Of a DNA stretch of 64,000 nt, positions 39,827 to 48,333 are shown piece after piece. A program made the position numbers and the translations under genes. Each line of letters begins with the position of its first letter. The first letter of the stretch is position 1. The DNA lies in contig CAVWPA010000003.1 in assembly GCA_963756875.1 (NCBI GenBank), positions 1,504,001-1,568,000 of the forward strand, written 5' to 3'. This DNA is from an uncultured Verrucomicrobiae bacterium. Lineage in GTDB: Bacteria; Verrucomicrobiota; Verrucomicrobiia; Chthoniobacterales; UBA10450. The notes under the pieces were generated by a model. The model saw nothing but the letters and a program-made list of their open reading frames with translations, ran no database searches and was not told where the DNA came from.

Positions 39827-40174
39827 TCAAATCGGTATGCCCTCCAGTGAGATGGAAACGAAAATCATCGCGAGCAAGAGAGTGGTCAAAAGCCCGGCGA
39901 GTATCCAGCGGCGATTTTGAAAGAGCAAAATATCTCCGGCCCATTTAAGGGAGTTGAGGGCAACCAAAGCACATAGGCCGAGATGCTCGACAGAACGGCT
40001 TGTCCAGCCGAGGCGAACCATAAGTGGCTGAAAGATGCGGTCGTGAAGCGGGACGTAAAACAGCGCATAGAGAGGAATTCGCTCGCAAACACGGTAGATG
40101 CCGTATGCCAAACCGCTAGCGACTAGCTCAGCAACTATCCCAAGGAGGATGGCCTGAACCAGACGAGCGCGCAT
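39827..40174 (-). CDS. Hypothetical membrane protein (cassette)
   Basis: Hydrophobic ORF filling the cassette. Confidence 0.6.
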   Translation of the reverse strand: MRARLVQAILLGIVAELVASGLAYGIYRVCERIPLYALFYVPLHDRIFQPLMVRLGWTSRSVEHLGLCALVALNSLKWAGDILLFQNRRWILAGLLTTLLLAMIFVSISLEGIPI

Positions 40175-40317
40175 AAGATAAGAAAGACCTAACGAGACGG
40201 AGCTCAGCCGCCGCTGGCGGGAGCGAGCTTTGCTTCGGAGTTTAACGTTGAAGTCATTTCAAAGGTAGGTATCGGAACGGCCAGCGGTTGGCTGCAGCGA
40301 TTGGTTAGACGACGTCA

Positions 40318-40806
40318 TTAGTAGTGCTCCCTCGGAGTGACCGTAACGCTCAACTTGCCGGAATCGATAGCAGCGATGATTCCGGCGGGAGTTTCTGCTG
40401 TTTTGAGGCCATGCACCCTAGATCTTACGACGACCTTATCCTGATAACGCAAAAAGTCGGCCTTGAGCGTCGCATACAGCGGAGATTTTGTGAAAGAGAG
40501 GCCAAGTAAGGCATACGCCTTCGCTTCTGCAGTCCCGTTGAAATAGGTTTGCCGGAGATAAGTCTCACGGTTTTTGTCCCCGAGCATTCTCTCGAAACAC
40601 ATTTGATTCATGTAGCCGACGGTTTCACCGGCGGCTCTATCCTGTTTGGTCAAGAGTGGGTCAGCCTCGCGCTCAGCAGCGGTGGAGAGATCAAAGGAAT
40701 CGACGACGCGCAACATAGCGTCGGTGCACGGGTCCTCGGGTGAATCGATGGCGAACGCACCGACAGCAAGGCTCACGGCAGCAAGCGTGAGAAAGGTTTG
40801 TTTCAT
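40318..40806 (-). CDS. Hypothetical exported protein (cassette)
   Basis: Signal peptide MKQTFLTLAAVSLAVGAFA. Confidence 0.7.
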   Translation of the reverse strand: MKQTFLTLAAVSLAVGAFAIDSPEDPCTDAMLRVVDSFDLSTAAEREADPLLTKQDRAAGETVGYMNQMCFERMLGDKNRETYLRQTYFNGTAEAKAYALLGLSFTKSPLYATLKADFLRYQDKVVVRSRVHGLKTAETPAGIIAAIDSGKLSVTVTPREHY

Positions 40807-40961
40807 AGCGCGCGAGGCTAGTCGTCTAACGAGACGGAAGTGACCTACCGCCACCGAGGGCGAGCGTCGGTCGAAGTGGAAGCGGATTAGTCATGGAAAG
40901 CGTGAGCGCACGGCGGGTGGCGGTTAGGTCCACTGATTGGTTAGATGGTTTGTGGCAATCC

Positions 40962-41370
40962 TCATCGACGTGCAACGACGAATGTCACTGGAAACGAGAC
41001 GGTGCCTGAAATAGCACGACCGTGCCGCCGACCCGGCTTCCACTGACACTGGTGAACCGCCGATGTGACAATCTTCTCCAACTCAGAAGGCAAATGCGGT
41101 GCGAAAGCAAGTGATCGAACGCGACCCGCAGCATCCACGGTGACCGATACAGGACCTCTTGCCTTCGATGTGCCTGCGACGGAGGTCCACTGGATAGTCG
41201 AGGCCTTTTGCGAGACCTGGCTCGCCACCAACAGGCAGCGGCGGGGAATCGAGCTGCTTCTTGTCCCAAGTAAACTTGTTTTCGTACTGGTAGCTCACGC
41301 CGGGAGCAGTCGCCGCTGCCGACATCGCGACTGCAACCAACGCACCGACCGTCAAAACAAAAGGCTTCAT
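40962..41370 (-). pseudogene. Exported TonB C-terminal domain protein, +1 frameshift near 41157
   Basis: LDYPVDLRRRHIEGK then GPVSVTVDAAGRV...WKPGRRHG...FPVTF in the shifted frame. Confidence 0.75.
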
Positions 41371-41510
41371 AACGCGCTTACCATCTAACGAGAACAAGAT
41401 CAGGTACGGCTACCGACACCGAGCTCTGATCGAAGTGAGTGTATTCTGGTCATCTTAAAACGTAAACACGCGCCGGGTAGCCGTTACCTGCATCGCCTGG
41501 TTAGATGCGA

Positions 41511-41885
41511 TCATCGTAATACACCTGGGTGCCGCTGTGCTAAGGCGTCGTAAAATGTGAAAGGCTGGCTGCGCTCCCAATCGGGTGAAACGGAATCGAG
41601 ATGCCCCAGCACGTCGGCAATCTGCGCGTCGCTTACGGTGCCGTAGTCGTCCTCGCGCATCTCGATGCTGGATCGCCATGTGTCTATCCGAAGATTCAGG
41701 TCGTCGCTCTCGGACTGACGCTCGTCCAGCGCATCGCGATAAGCGCGGTATTCCGCTTCGCGTGCGGGATCATCGATCCTATCGAGTAGCTGCGATGCTT
41801 CTGTCTTCGTGAGTTTGGGTGAGAATGAAACCCCAAAGAACTCTAGCTTCACTTTTTGGCGCTCAGTGGCTGGCTCGTCGCGCAT
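41511..41885 (-). CDS. Hypothetical protein (cassette)
   Basis: PATERQ...L.FFG.....LTK.EAS.L.D; ORF fills the cassette. Confidence 0.7.
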   Translation of the reverse strand: MRDEPATERQKVKLEFFGVSFSPKLTKTEASQLLDRIDDPAREAEYRAYRDALDERQSESDDLNLRIDTWRSSIEMREDDYGTVSDAQIADVLGHLDSVSPDWERSQPFTFYDALAQRHPGVLR

Positions 41886-42010
41886 AGCATCTAACGAGAA
41901 CAAGATGAGCCACCACTGGCGAGAGCGCGCGTGGCAGCGGGATGTGAGGTTCGAGTCATGGAAAACTTGGGCGTACGCCGGCCAGTGGTTGGCTCCATCG
42001 CCTGGTTAGG

Positions 42011-42728
42011 TCATTTGATCTCAATCTGAATGGGACTAGGAATGTAGTTTCCGCTTAGTGTAACTTTACTGTCTCCAGAAAGTGTGAGCTCGACCACTGG
42101 CTGGCCCGCACCGATCAGAGAGTAAATGAGTCGAGCCGACAAACCATCTTCTGCGATTTGTTTGGAATCCTTGCCGGACTCAAACGCACTGGAATTTGGC
42201 TCTGAGGATGGCCAGAAATCTAGGATCTTGGCAGGCTGTGCTAGGGAAAAACCCGAGACTTCGGCCACAAACACGATTGCGCCAAGAGGAACGTTTTTCG
42301 ATGAATTGAAGCGCAATGTCGCTACCTTTGTGCGCGTCCTTGTCGCTCACTTTGCATGATGCGAGCGAAAGGACAGGCGGGCTGGCTTGAACAGAGGTTT
42401 CTTTAAGGGATTTTTCGAGAGTTTGAATCTTGGCTGTCTTCTCGGCGTCGAGGCGCTGGAGCAGCTCAACTTGAGAAGCGAGTTTGGCTAATGCTTCACT
42501 TGCGGGGCCTGTATATCGCTCCAAAGCGATTGTCTTGAACGGTGCAAGCTGCGTCTCGAGTCTTCGAATTTCAGCGTTCTTCTCGCCAATTGTCCGCTCC
42601 AGTCCGCGATTTTCGTCATTTAACTTCGGCACCTGCAAAGCGAGGGGGACGAGACCAGCTATGATCACAGCGGCTGCTGCAACAAGCGCCGCCTGGACAG
42701 TAGCCTTCTTATACCATTTCGTTGCCAT
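42011..42728 (-). pseudogene. Hypothetical TM + coiled-coil protein, +1 frameshift near 42326
   Basis: Two overlapping ORFs join into one that ends exactly at the attC. Confidence 0.65.
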
Positions 42729-42845
42729 GGCGCAGATCTAACGAAAAAAGCTGAGCCACGGGCGACTGGCGGCGTGGGCACGTCTGAAAATGCTGTCGGA
42801 CAACTGCCCGCGCCAACGCCCGTTGGCTCCGGGCGACTGGTTAGG

Positions 42846-43047
42846 CCACAGCAACGTCCCAACTGCAAATAAATCATGGCGAATCAAAGCGCTCATAAAA
42901 TCTGACGGCTCCGCACTTGCTCGTCGCGTAAGCCTGCGCGAGCTGAACCCAAACTGAAATCTGAAATCTGACACATCTCAATTCTGTGAACGGACTGTCG
43001 CACCGGAACGAAACCGACTCAAACAAAATCCCAAAGACACGAAGTGG
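42846..43047. other. ORF-less cassette (~200 bp)
   Basis: Complementary ends GTTAGGCCAC/GTGGCCTAAC; no convincing ORF. Confidence 0.7.
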
Positions 43048-43166
43048 CCTAACGAGAACAAGATGAGCCACGCCGCCGAGAACGGAGTTGGCTGCAAGCT
43101 GAGGATTGAACTGCAAGAAAGCTCATAATCAAGTTGGGCGGCGTTGGCTCCATCGCATTGTTAGAC

Positions 43167-43607
43167 CTATTTGGACTTCGGCGTCTGCTCAACTTTATAT
43201 CCAGGCACCGTCCTGTCCGGCCCAATGATAATCTTGCTACCATCGGGCAACTCGTCCGGGTCGGATGGCAAATGCAGTTTCCAAGTGATGAACTCGACGC
43301 TCGGCGTTTTGGGATCCTTCGCACCCGGAATGGGAACGAGAACGCCGTACAAGCGGAGTCTCATATGTTTTTCAGCGGCCTTCATATACGCGGGTCCAAG
43401 AAAATTAACCGTCTGCTTTGTAGCGCCGAGCAGAACGACATTCCCGCCCGTGTTGCCCTGCACGGTTTTGTCGGCCCGAAACATCAGTTGTCCGTCCTGC
43501 ATGATCGGGTCGCCCGTGATCCATATTGCATACTTTGCTGGATCATCGGCTGCGAACACGGCGATGCTGCGGGCGACAAGCAACAAGACAACCAGGAAAC
43601 AGCGCAT
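43167..43607 (-). CDS. Hypothetical exported protein (cassette)
   Basis: Signal peptide; ORF fills the cassette. Confidence 0.72.
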   Translation of the reverse strand: MRCFLVVLLLVARSIAVFAADDPAKYAIWITGDPIMQDGQLMFRADKTVQGNTGGNVVLLGATKQTVNFLGPAYMKAAEKHMRLRLYGVLVPIPGAKDPKTPSVEFITWKLHLPSDPDELPDGSKIIIGPDRTVPGYKVEQTPKSK

Positions 43608-43731
43608 GGGTCTAACGAGAATAAGCTGAGCGGATCGCTGCCTGAACCGAGGCTGAAATGCGGAATGAGTGTTTAGTCATGGAAAATGTAAGCGCACAAC
43701 GGGCAGCGATTGGCTCAAGCGCCTGGTTAGA

Positions 43732-43871
43732 TCCAAACCGTGCCATGTCGCGGTAGCGGTTTTGGTGTCCATCACCACGACGGAAGGCATAACCGCAAAG
43801 ATGTCCACTCGCTCTTTCACCGCGTGTGATCTCGCTGACAGAACTCATAAAATCGCTCGCAGCCGTTTGGA
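43732..43871. other. Mini-cassette (~140 bp), probably non-coding
   Basis: 13-nt complementary ends GTTAGATCCAAAC/GTTTGGATCTAAC. Confidence 0.7.
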
Positions 43872-43993
43872 TCTAACGAGAACAAGCTGAGCGCATCGCT
43901 GTCGAAACCGAGGCCGAAATGCGCGATGAATTTCTAGTCATGAAAAATGTAAGCGCACAACGGGCAGCGATTCGCTCCAGCGCCTGGTTAGGT

Positions 43994-44335
43994 CTATAGG
44001 TAGCCACCACACTGGAACTCTGTCGAGCCCAGCTTGCATGAGCAACTGACCTGTCCGCCCTGAGGCCAAGTCGGACTGTACGTGAAACTGAGGAAGCCAT
44101 GCTTGGTATCGTAGTGGAACTTGGGTTCTGATGGCAGCGCAGCGAGATATAAAGGCACCAACTGCTGAAGCGAAGTCGGAAATCGCCGATGATCGTGATC
44201 GTAGCGCTGGATAGCGACGGCGACCGCTGACGCCCTAGCCTTCAATCGGACGCCCGCTGGGTCTTCGCCCGCCTGCCACGGAAAGCACGCACCAAGCAGA
44301 AGTGTGACAACCGTCAGCCCAATCACGCGTCTCAT
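43994..44335 (-). CDS. Hypothetical lipoprotein (first cassette)
   Basis: Lipobox LGAC; Y...H..FP.SL..LVP.YL pseudopilin-like motif. Confidence 0.72.
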   Translation of the reverse strand: MRRVIGLTVVTLLLGACFPWQAGEDPAGVRLKARASAVAVAIQRYDHDHRRFPTSLQQLVPLYLAALPSEPKFHYDTKHGFLSFTYSPTWPQGGQVSCSCKLGSTEFQCGGYL

Positions 44336-44337
44336 AG

Positions 44338-44376
44338 ACCTAACGAGAATTAGACGAATTTTTTCGCCTAATTCTG
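44338..44376 (-). promoter_or_regulatory. Putative attI recombination site
   Basis: Single GTTAGGT core opening the first cassette, no partner attC arm; preceded by an inverted repeat overlapping the intI stop. Confidence 0.7.
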
Positions 44377-45393
44377 GATTTGGCGGTTATCCGATCCCAT
44401 CGTTCGCGGGTCATCAAGAGGGCTCTGGATCGCGAGCCCGGGTTTGTTCAGGACATGGGTATAAATCATCGTGGTCGAGACGTCCTTGTGGCCGAGCAAC
44501 TCCTGGACGTTACGAATATCGGAGCCGTATTCAAGCAAATGCGTGGCAAAAGAGTGTCGAAAGGTGTGGCAACTTGCTGCCTTGGGTATCACGCGTCCGT
44601 TGGACGGCCAATTTAACAGCATTTTGGAGGTTCTTTTCAAGACGAATGGTGTCGGCGGAGCTCGCCGGAGAGCGGGTCGATGGAAAGTTTGTTGGCCGGG
44701 AAAACATACTGCCATGGCCACGCGCGGCTGGCGTTGCGATATTTGCGTTCCAAGGCAAAGGGGAGATAGACGCGGCCGCCGCCGCCGGCGAGATCCCGCT
44801 CGTGCAACGCCTGTACATGGGCCAGATGTAACTCGGAGCCGGCGTCGCAGACGTTGCGGCAAGAGCGTTCTGCGTTGACGCAATCCTTTGCCGTCGCGCA
44901 CCGTGATTTGACCGTATCCGAAATCGACGTCTTTGACGCGCAGGCGCACGCATTCCATCAAACGCAGGCCGGCGCCATAAAGCAGTTCGGCCATCAGCTG
45001 ATGCTCGCCGTTCATTTTTTTAAGGACCGAGCGCGTTTCGGCAGGGGTAAAGACGACGGGTAGCTTGGGCGGGCGCGTGACGCGCTGGATGTCATCGATG
45101 AAACTCAGCTTGCGATCGAGCACGTGGTGGTAAAGAAAAAGCAGCGCGCTGAACGCCTGATTCTGTGTGGAGGCGGCGACGCGTTTATTGACGGCGAGAT
45201 GGCTAAGAAACTGCGATATCTCTGCCTCGCCCATTTCGTTCGGGTGACGTTTGCCCTGGAACAGAATGTAACGCCGGATCCAATCGACGTACGCTTCTTC
45301 GGTGCGAATGCTGTAATGTTTAACCCGTAGCTGCCATCGGACGCGGTCCAGCAATTTTGGGGAGGACGCAACGGTGGCGGTCGTGGGCTTCAC
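44368..45393 (-). CDS. intI: Integron integrase (internal segment out of frame)
   Basis: [61 protein letters not shown]; IntI patch [11 protein letters not shown]...WQYVFP present in another frame. Confidence 0.95.
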   Translation of the reverse strand: MKPTTATVASSPKLLDRVRWQLRVKHYSIRTEEAYVDWIRRYILFQGKRHPNEMGEAEISQFLSHLAVNKRVAASTQNQAFSALLFLYHHVLDRKLSFIDDIQRVTRPPKLPVVFTPAETRSVLKKMNGEHQLMAELLYGAGLRLMECVRLRVKDVDFGYGQITVRDGKGLRQRRTLLPQRLRRRLRVTSGPCTGVARAGSRRRRRPRLSPLCLGTQISQRQPRVAMAVCFPGQQTFHRPALRRAPPTPFVLKRTSKMLLNWPSNGRVIPKAASCHTFRHSFATHLLEYGSDIRNVQELLGHKDVSTTMIYTHVLNKPGLAIQSPLDDPRTMGSDNRQIQN

Positions 45394-45661
45394 GGTTCGG
45401 CGATGATTTCAGAGAGCCCGGGTAATGACAAGCAGGCGGTTCGGCAAGCTGCCGGACCGGACAGGCTGGTTGCCTTTTCTCCCCGGATGGGACGAAGCGA
45501 GGCGCGTCGGCTACAGGGATCGACTATCGAGGATCTAGCATCCAGCAGCGATCAGGAGGAAGAGGAAGAGGAAGAGTGAACAGACGGGAAGCAGGCTGCT
45601 TTCCCTACAGAGGGTCGCGGCGCAGGCGACACGCCTGCCACTACAGGAGGGGCGGAAGGGA

Positions 45662-46012
45662 TCAAGCGGTGGCGAGGGCGGTTTCGACGTCGGGGAAGAT
45701 GCGGAAGACCTGGTCGAGGCGCGCGATTTCGAAGATGGTCTGGACATCTTTGCTCAAACCGGCGATGGCGAATTTGCCGCCGTATTTCCCGACGTTTTGC
45801 ATGGCTTCGATCAAAACCGCGAGGCCGGAGCTGTCCATGTATGTGACGCGCGAAAGATCGACTGTTAGTTGCGCCGGTTTTTTGTCGATTATCGCCCGGA
45901 GGGTCTCAGCCACTTTGGGTGAGACATGCAAGTCGATTTCGCCTTCAAGCGGTAAAACGTTGGGCGAATCCTTGCGTGGAGTGGGGCCGGCCGGTGATGC
46001 GCTTTTCTTCAT
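45662..46012 (-). CDS. STAS-domain anti-sigma factor antagonist
   Basis: LEGEIDL, DLS.V.YMDSSGL, IFEIARL. Confidence 0.9.
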   Translation of the reverse strand: MKKSASPAGPTPRKDSPNVLPLEGEIDLHVSPKVAETLRAIIDKKPAQLTVDLSRVTYMDSSGLAVLIEAMQNVGKYGGKFAIAGLSKDVQTIFEIARLDQVFRIFPDVETALATA

Positions 46013-46034
46013 TCGATTTCCAATCGCCGGCCAA

Positions 46035-46772
46035 TTACCAACCGAGCTTGTTTATTAGACGGTCAACGTCGGAAAGATCATCAATTAAAATATCAGGCTG
46101 ATGTTTTGCGAGCTGTTGGCGGCTCCATGTGCCGGTTGCGACGGCAATCGTGCGTGCGCCGAGCGCCTTGCCACATGCGATGTCGCGCGGCGTGTCGCCG
46201 ATGACGTCGATTTCGTCCGCGGAAAATTCGCACCCGTGTTTTTCATTGGCGCGCGCCCGGGCAAATGGTCCGAGCTGGTTGCGGTCTTGGTGGTCGTCGG
46301 CGAACGCGCCGAATTCGAAAAAGTGCCAGACGCCGTACTGTTCGAGTTTTAATTGCGCGCCGCGCGAGACGTTGCCGGTGAGCAGCGCGAGAACGAGGTG
46401 CTTTCGCGATTTCAATTTTTCGAGCAACTCGAGCACGCCGGGGAGCAGTTTGCCTTCGCGGCGAGGCAGTTCGAGCGACAGAAAATGGACGTAACTGTCG
46501 AGGAACGCGGTGAGAGTTTCGGGCGTTACGGGAATTTTGTGCTTGTTCAGGATGCTGGTGACGATGCCGGAATCGGTCACGCCGGCGATCTCGATGTCGT
46601 GCAGGTCGTCATCGATTCCGTGAAGCTCGGCGAGGACGCGTTTGAGCGCCTGGACGCCGGCGCCGCCGGAATGAATGAGGGTGCCATCAATGTCGAAGAG
46701 GAGAAGGCGCTTTATTATTGCGGAGTGCGGAGTGGTCCGAGCCGGACTGGCATTTATTTCGGAATGGGCCAT
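46035..46772 (-). CDS. HAD-family hydrolase
   Basis: LFDIDGTL, LLTGN, IGDTPRD; upstream ORF extension is repeat sequence. Confidence 0.9.
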   Translation of the reverse strand: MAHSEINASPARTTPHSAIIKRLLLFDIDGTLIHSGGAGVQALKRVLAELHGIDDDLHDIEIAGVTDSGIVTSILNKHKIPVTPETLTAFLDSYVHFLSLELPRREGKLLPGVLELLEKLKSRKHLVLALLTGNVSRGAQLKLEQYGVWHFFEFGAFADDHQDRNQLGPFARARANEKHGCEFSADEIDVIGDTPRDIACGKALGARTIAVATGTWSRQQLAKHQPDILIDDLSDVDRLINKLGW

Positions 46773-46789
46773 TGCGGAATGACGGATTT

Positions 46790-47410
46790 TCGATTGGGGA
46801 TGGGGAGTTGTCCAGGACGGAGCGGGGAGCGGAGGAGAATTTTCACAGAAGGTAGCGAAGGCAACGAAGAATTCGCGGAAGGGAATAGTAAGCAAACGCC
46901 GAACGCCCAACCCCGAAGGGATTCGGGGCCGTCCATCGGCGGGCGCCGAACGTCCAATGTTGAAGGCAGAGGACGGAGGACGGAGGACAGAGGACAGAGG
47001 ACAGAGGACGGAGGACGGAGGGGGAAGGGGATTGAAGAGCACCAAATTCCAAGCATCAACTCCGAAAGTCTTCGCGAGCGGGCCTCCAGGGAAGCTCCAA
47101 TCTTCAAGTTCCAAAGCGCGAGCATGCGAGCCTTCGTTAACTTCGTTTCCTTTTGTGCAAATTTCCGGGTTGGGTTTTGCAGAGAAGAATTTTCACAGAA
47201 GACAACGAAGGAAACAAAGAATTCGCGGAGGGGAAGAAGCAAACGCCGAACGCCCAACGCCCAACGCCGAACGTCCAATGTTGAAGGCAGAGGGGAGATC
47301 TAGCATCCAGTCCGCCATCGGACGGACTCGCCGTGGCGAGCATCCAGAATCTAGAATCGATCATGATCAGGAGCATGATCATGATCATGAGCGGGAGCGG
47401 GAGCGGGAGA
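46790..47410. repeat. Mosaic block of short tandem repeats
   Basis: (ACAGAGG)n, (CGCCSAA)n, AAGCACC units, (CATGAT)n, (GAGCGG)n. Confidence 0.85.
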
Positions 47411-47423
47411 AAACAGCGATCGG

Positions 47424-47930
47424 TCAGGGGCGGGGGGAGTGCATTAGGAGGACGGCGATCATGCTGCCGAGGAATGTGAGGATTGCGACGGCGGCGACGC
47501 CGAAAATGGCTGTGCGGACGGGGTCGCGATTTTTGGCCCGGCGCGGGAACGGCGAGGCGTTTGAAAAATCGACGGGGGCCGCGCTCATTTCCGCCGGTTT
47601 GGCTTCGATTTCCTCGAGCACGGGAAGAGGCTGGGAGCCGCGGATGTCCGGCTCGAAACGGGCTTCAATTTTGCCGAAACGGATGCGGTCGTCGAAACGA
47701 AGCGCAGTTTCGGTGACGGGAATTCCGTTGACGCGGGTGCCGTTGGTCGATTCGAGATCTTTGACGCGATAAATTTCGCCGGTGAGCTCCAGTTGCGCGT
47801 GACGGCTGGAAACGGAGGGATCGTCGATGACGATCATGTTATCGGGAGCGCGGCCGATGGTGACGAGGTCCTCGGTGAATTCGTAGGCGACTTTGCCCTG
47901 GGCTTCAGTGGTTAGAACCAGTTTGGGCAT
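47424..47930 (-). CDS. FHA-domain membrane protein
   Basis: IGRAPDN, VSSRHA, DLESTNGT; C-terminal TM. Confidence 0.9.
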   Translation of the reverse strand: MPKLVLTTEAQGKVAYEFTEDLVTIGRAPDNMIVIDDPSVSSRHAQLELTGEIYRVKDLESTNGTRVNGIPVTETALRFDDRIRFGKIEARFEPDIRGSQPLPVLEEIEAKPAEMSAAPVDFSNASPFPRRAKNRDPVRTAIFGVAAVAILTFLGSMIAVLLMHSPRP

Positions 47931-48019
47931 GTCTTTAATAATATTGCAGGGAGGCTGGGTTGGGCGCCAGTTCAAAAAAAGGCGTTTCGCCGAAACGCCC
48001 TGAAATTTGGAGTGCGAGG

Positions 48020-48295
48020 AGGCGGAGAATTCTCACAGAAGACAACGAAGGAAACAAAGGGTTGGAAGAAAACGCCGAACGCCGAACGCCCAACCCCCAA
48101 CCCCGAACGTCCAATGTTGAAGGCAGAAGGGCGGGTTCAATGACAGAGGACAGAGGACAGAGGACAGAGGACAGAGGACAGAGGACAGAGGACAGAGGGA
48201 AAGTTCGTGACGGCGGGACGCCATCACCAACACGCGAGACGCGTGTGCTCCCCGGAACAATGTCGAAGACAGAGGACGGGGCGCTTGCCCTACAA
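48020..48295. repeat. Mosaic repeat block
   Basis: (ACAGAGG) about 8 times at 48143-48198, CGCCGAA units, REP-like hairpins. Confidence 0.85.
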
Positions 48296-48333
48296 TTGAC
48301 CCACTGGGCCCGCGCCCGCATAGTGCGACTTTC

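Larger units (their letters stand above)
25153..43992 (-). repeat. 28 two-armed attC sites (mostly about 90-145 bp; four enlarged to about 290-350 bp)
   Basis: On +: (C/T)CTAACGAGA.CAAG.T.AGC ... GCT.CA.CG..TGGTTAG. Starts at about 25153, 25747, 26470, 27331, 28201, 28749, 29315, 30070, 30710, 31302, 31913, 33182, 33668, 34315, 35633, 36576, 37379, 38244, 39046, 39664, 40188, 40825, 41384, 41890, 42737, 43048, 43611, 43872. Cassette ends are often complementary over 8-13 nt. Confidence 0.93.
21570..45393 (-). mobile_element. Chromosomal integron: intI, attI and a cassette array of about 30 units
   Basis: Integron integrase next to an array of short, mostly co-oriented ORFs, each separated by attC palindromes. 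Confidence 0.95.

Noticed and set aside
31654..41903. Shared N-terminus MFSL(D/G) on several cassette ORFs as an attC-encoded leader
   Set aside because: It comes from TTG-TTC-TCG-TTA in the attC arm. The real cassette start codons fall in all three frames relative to the core, so there is no consistent fusion.
25153..43992. Recurring CTAACGAGAACAAG...TGGTTAG motif as a CRISPR array
   Set aside because: Units are about 120-bp imperfect palindromes separated by gene-sized segments next to an intI, and no cas genes are present. They are attC sites.
45394..45660. LexA box or a defined promoter upstream of intI
   Set aside because: I found no convincing CTGT-N8-ACAG or TGTTC-N4-GAACA motif near the start; the region is mostly REP-like repeats.
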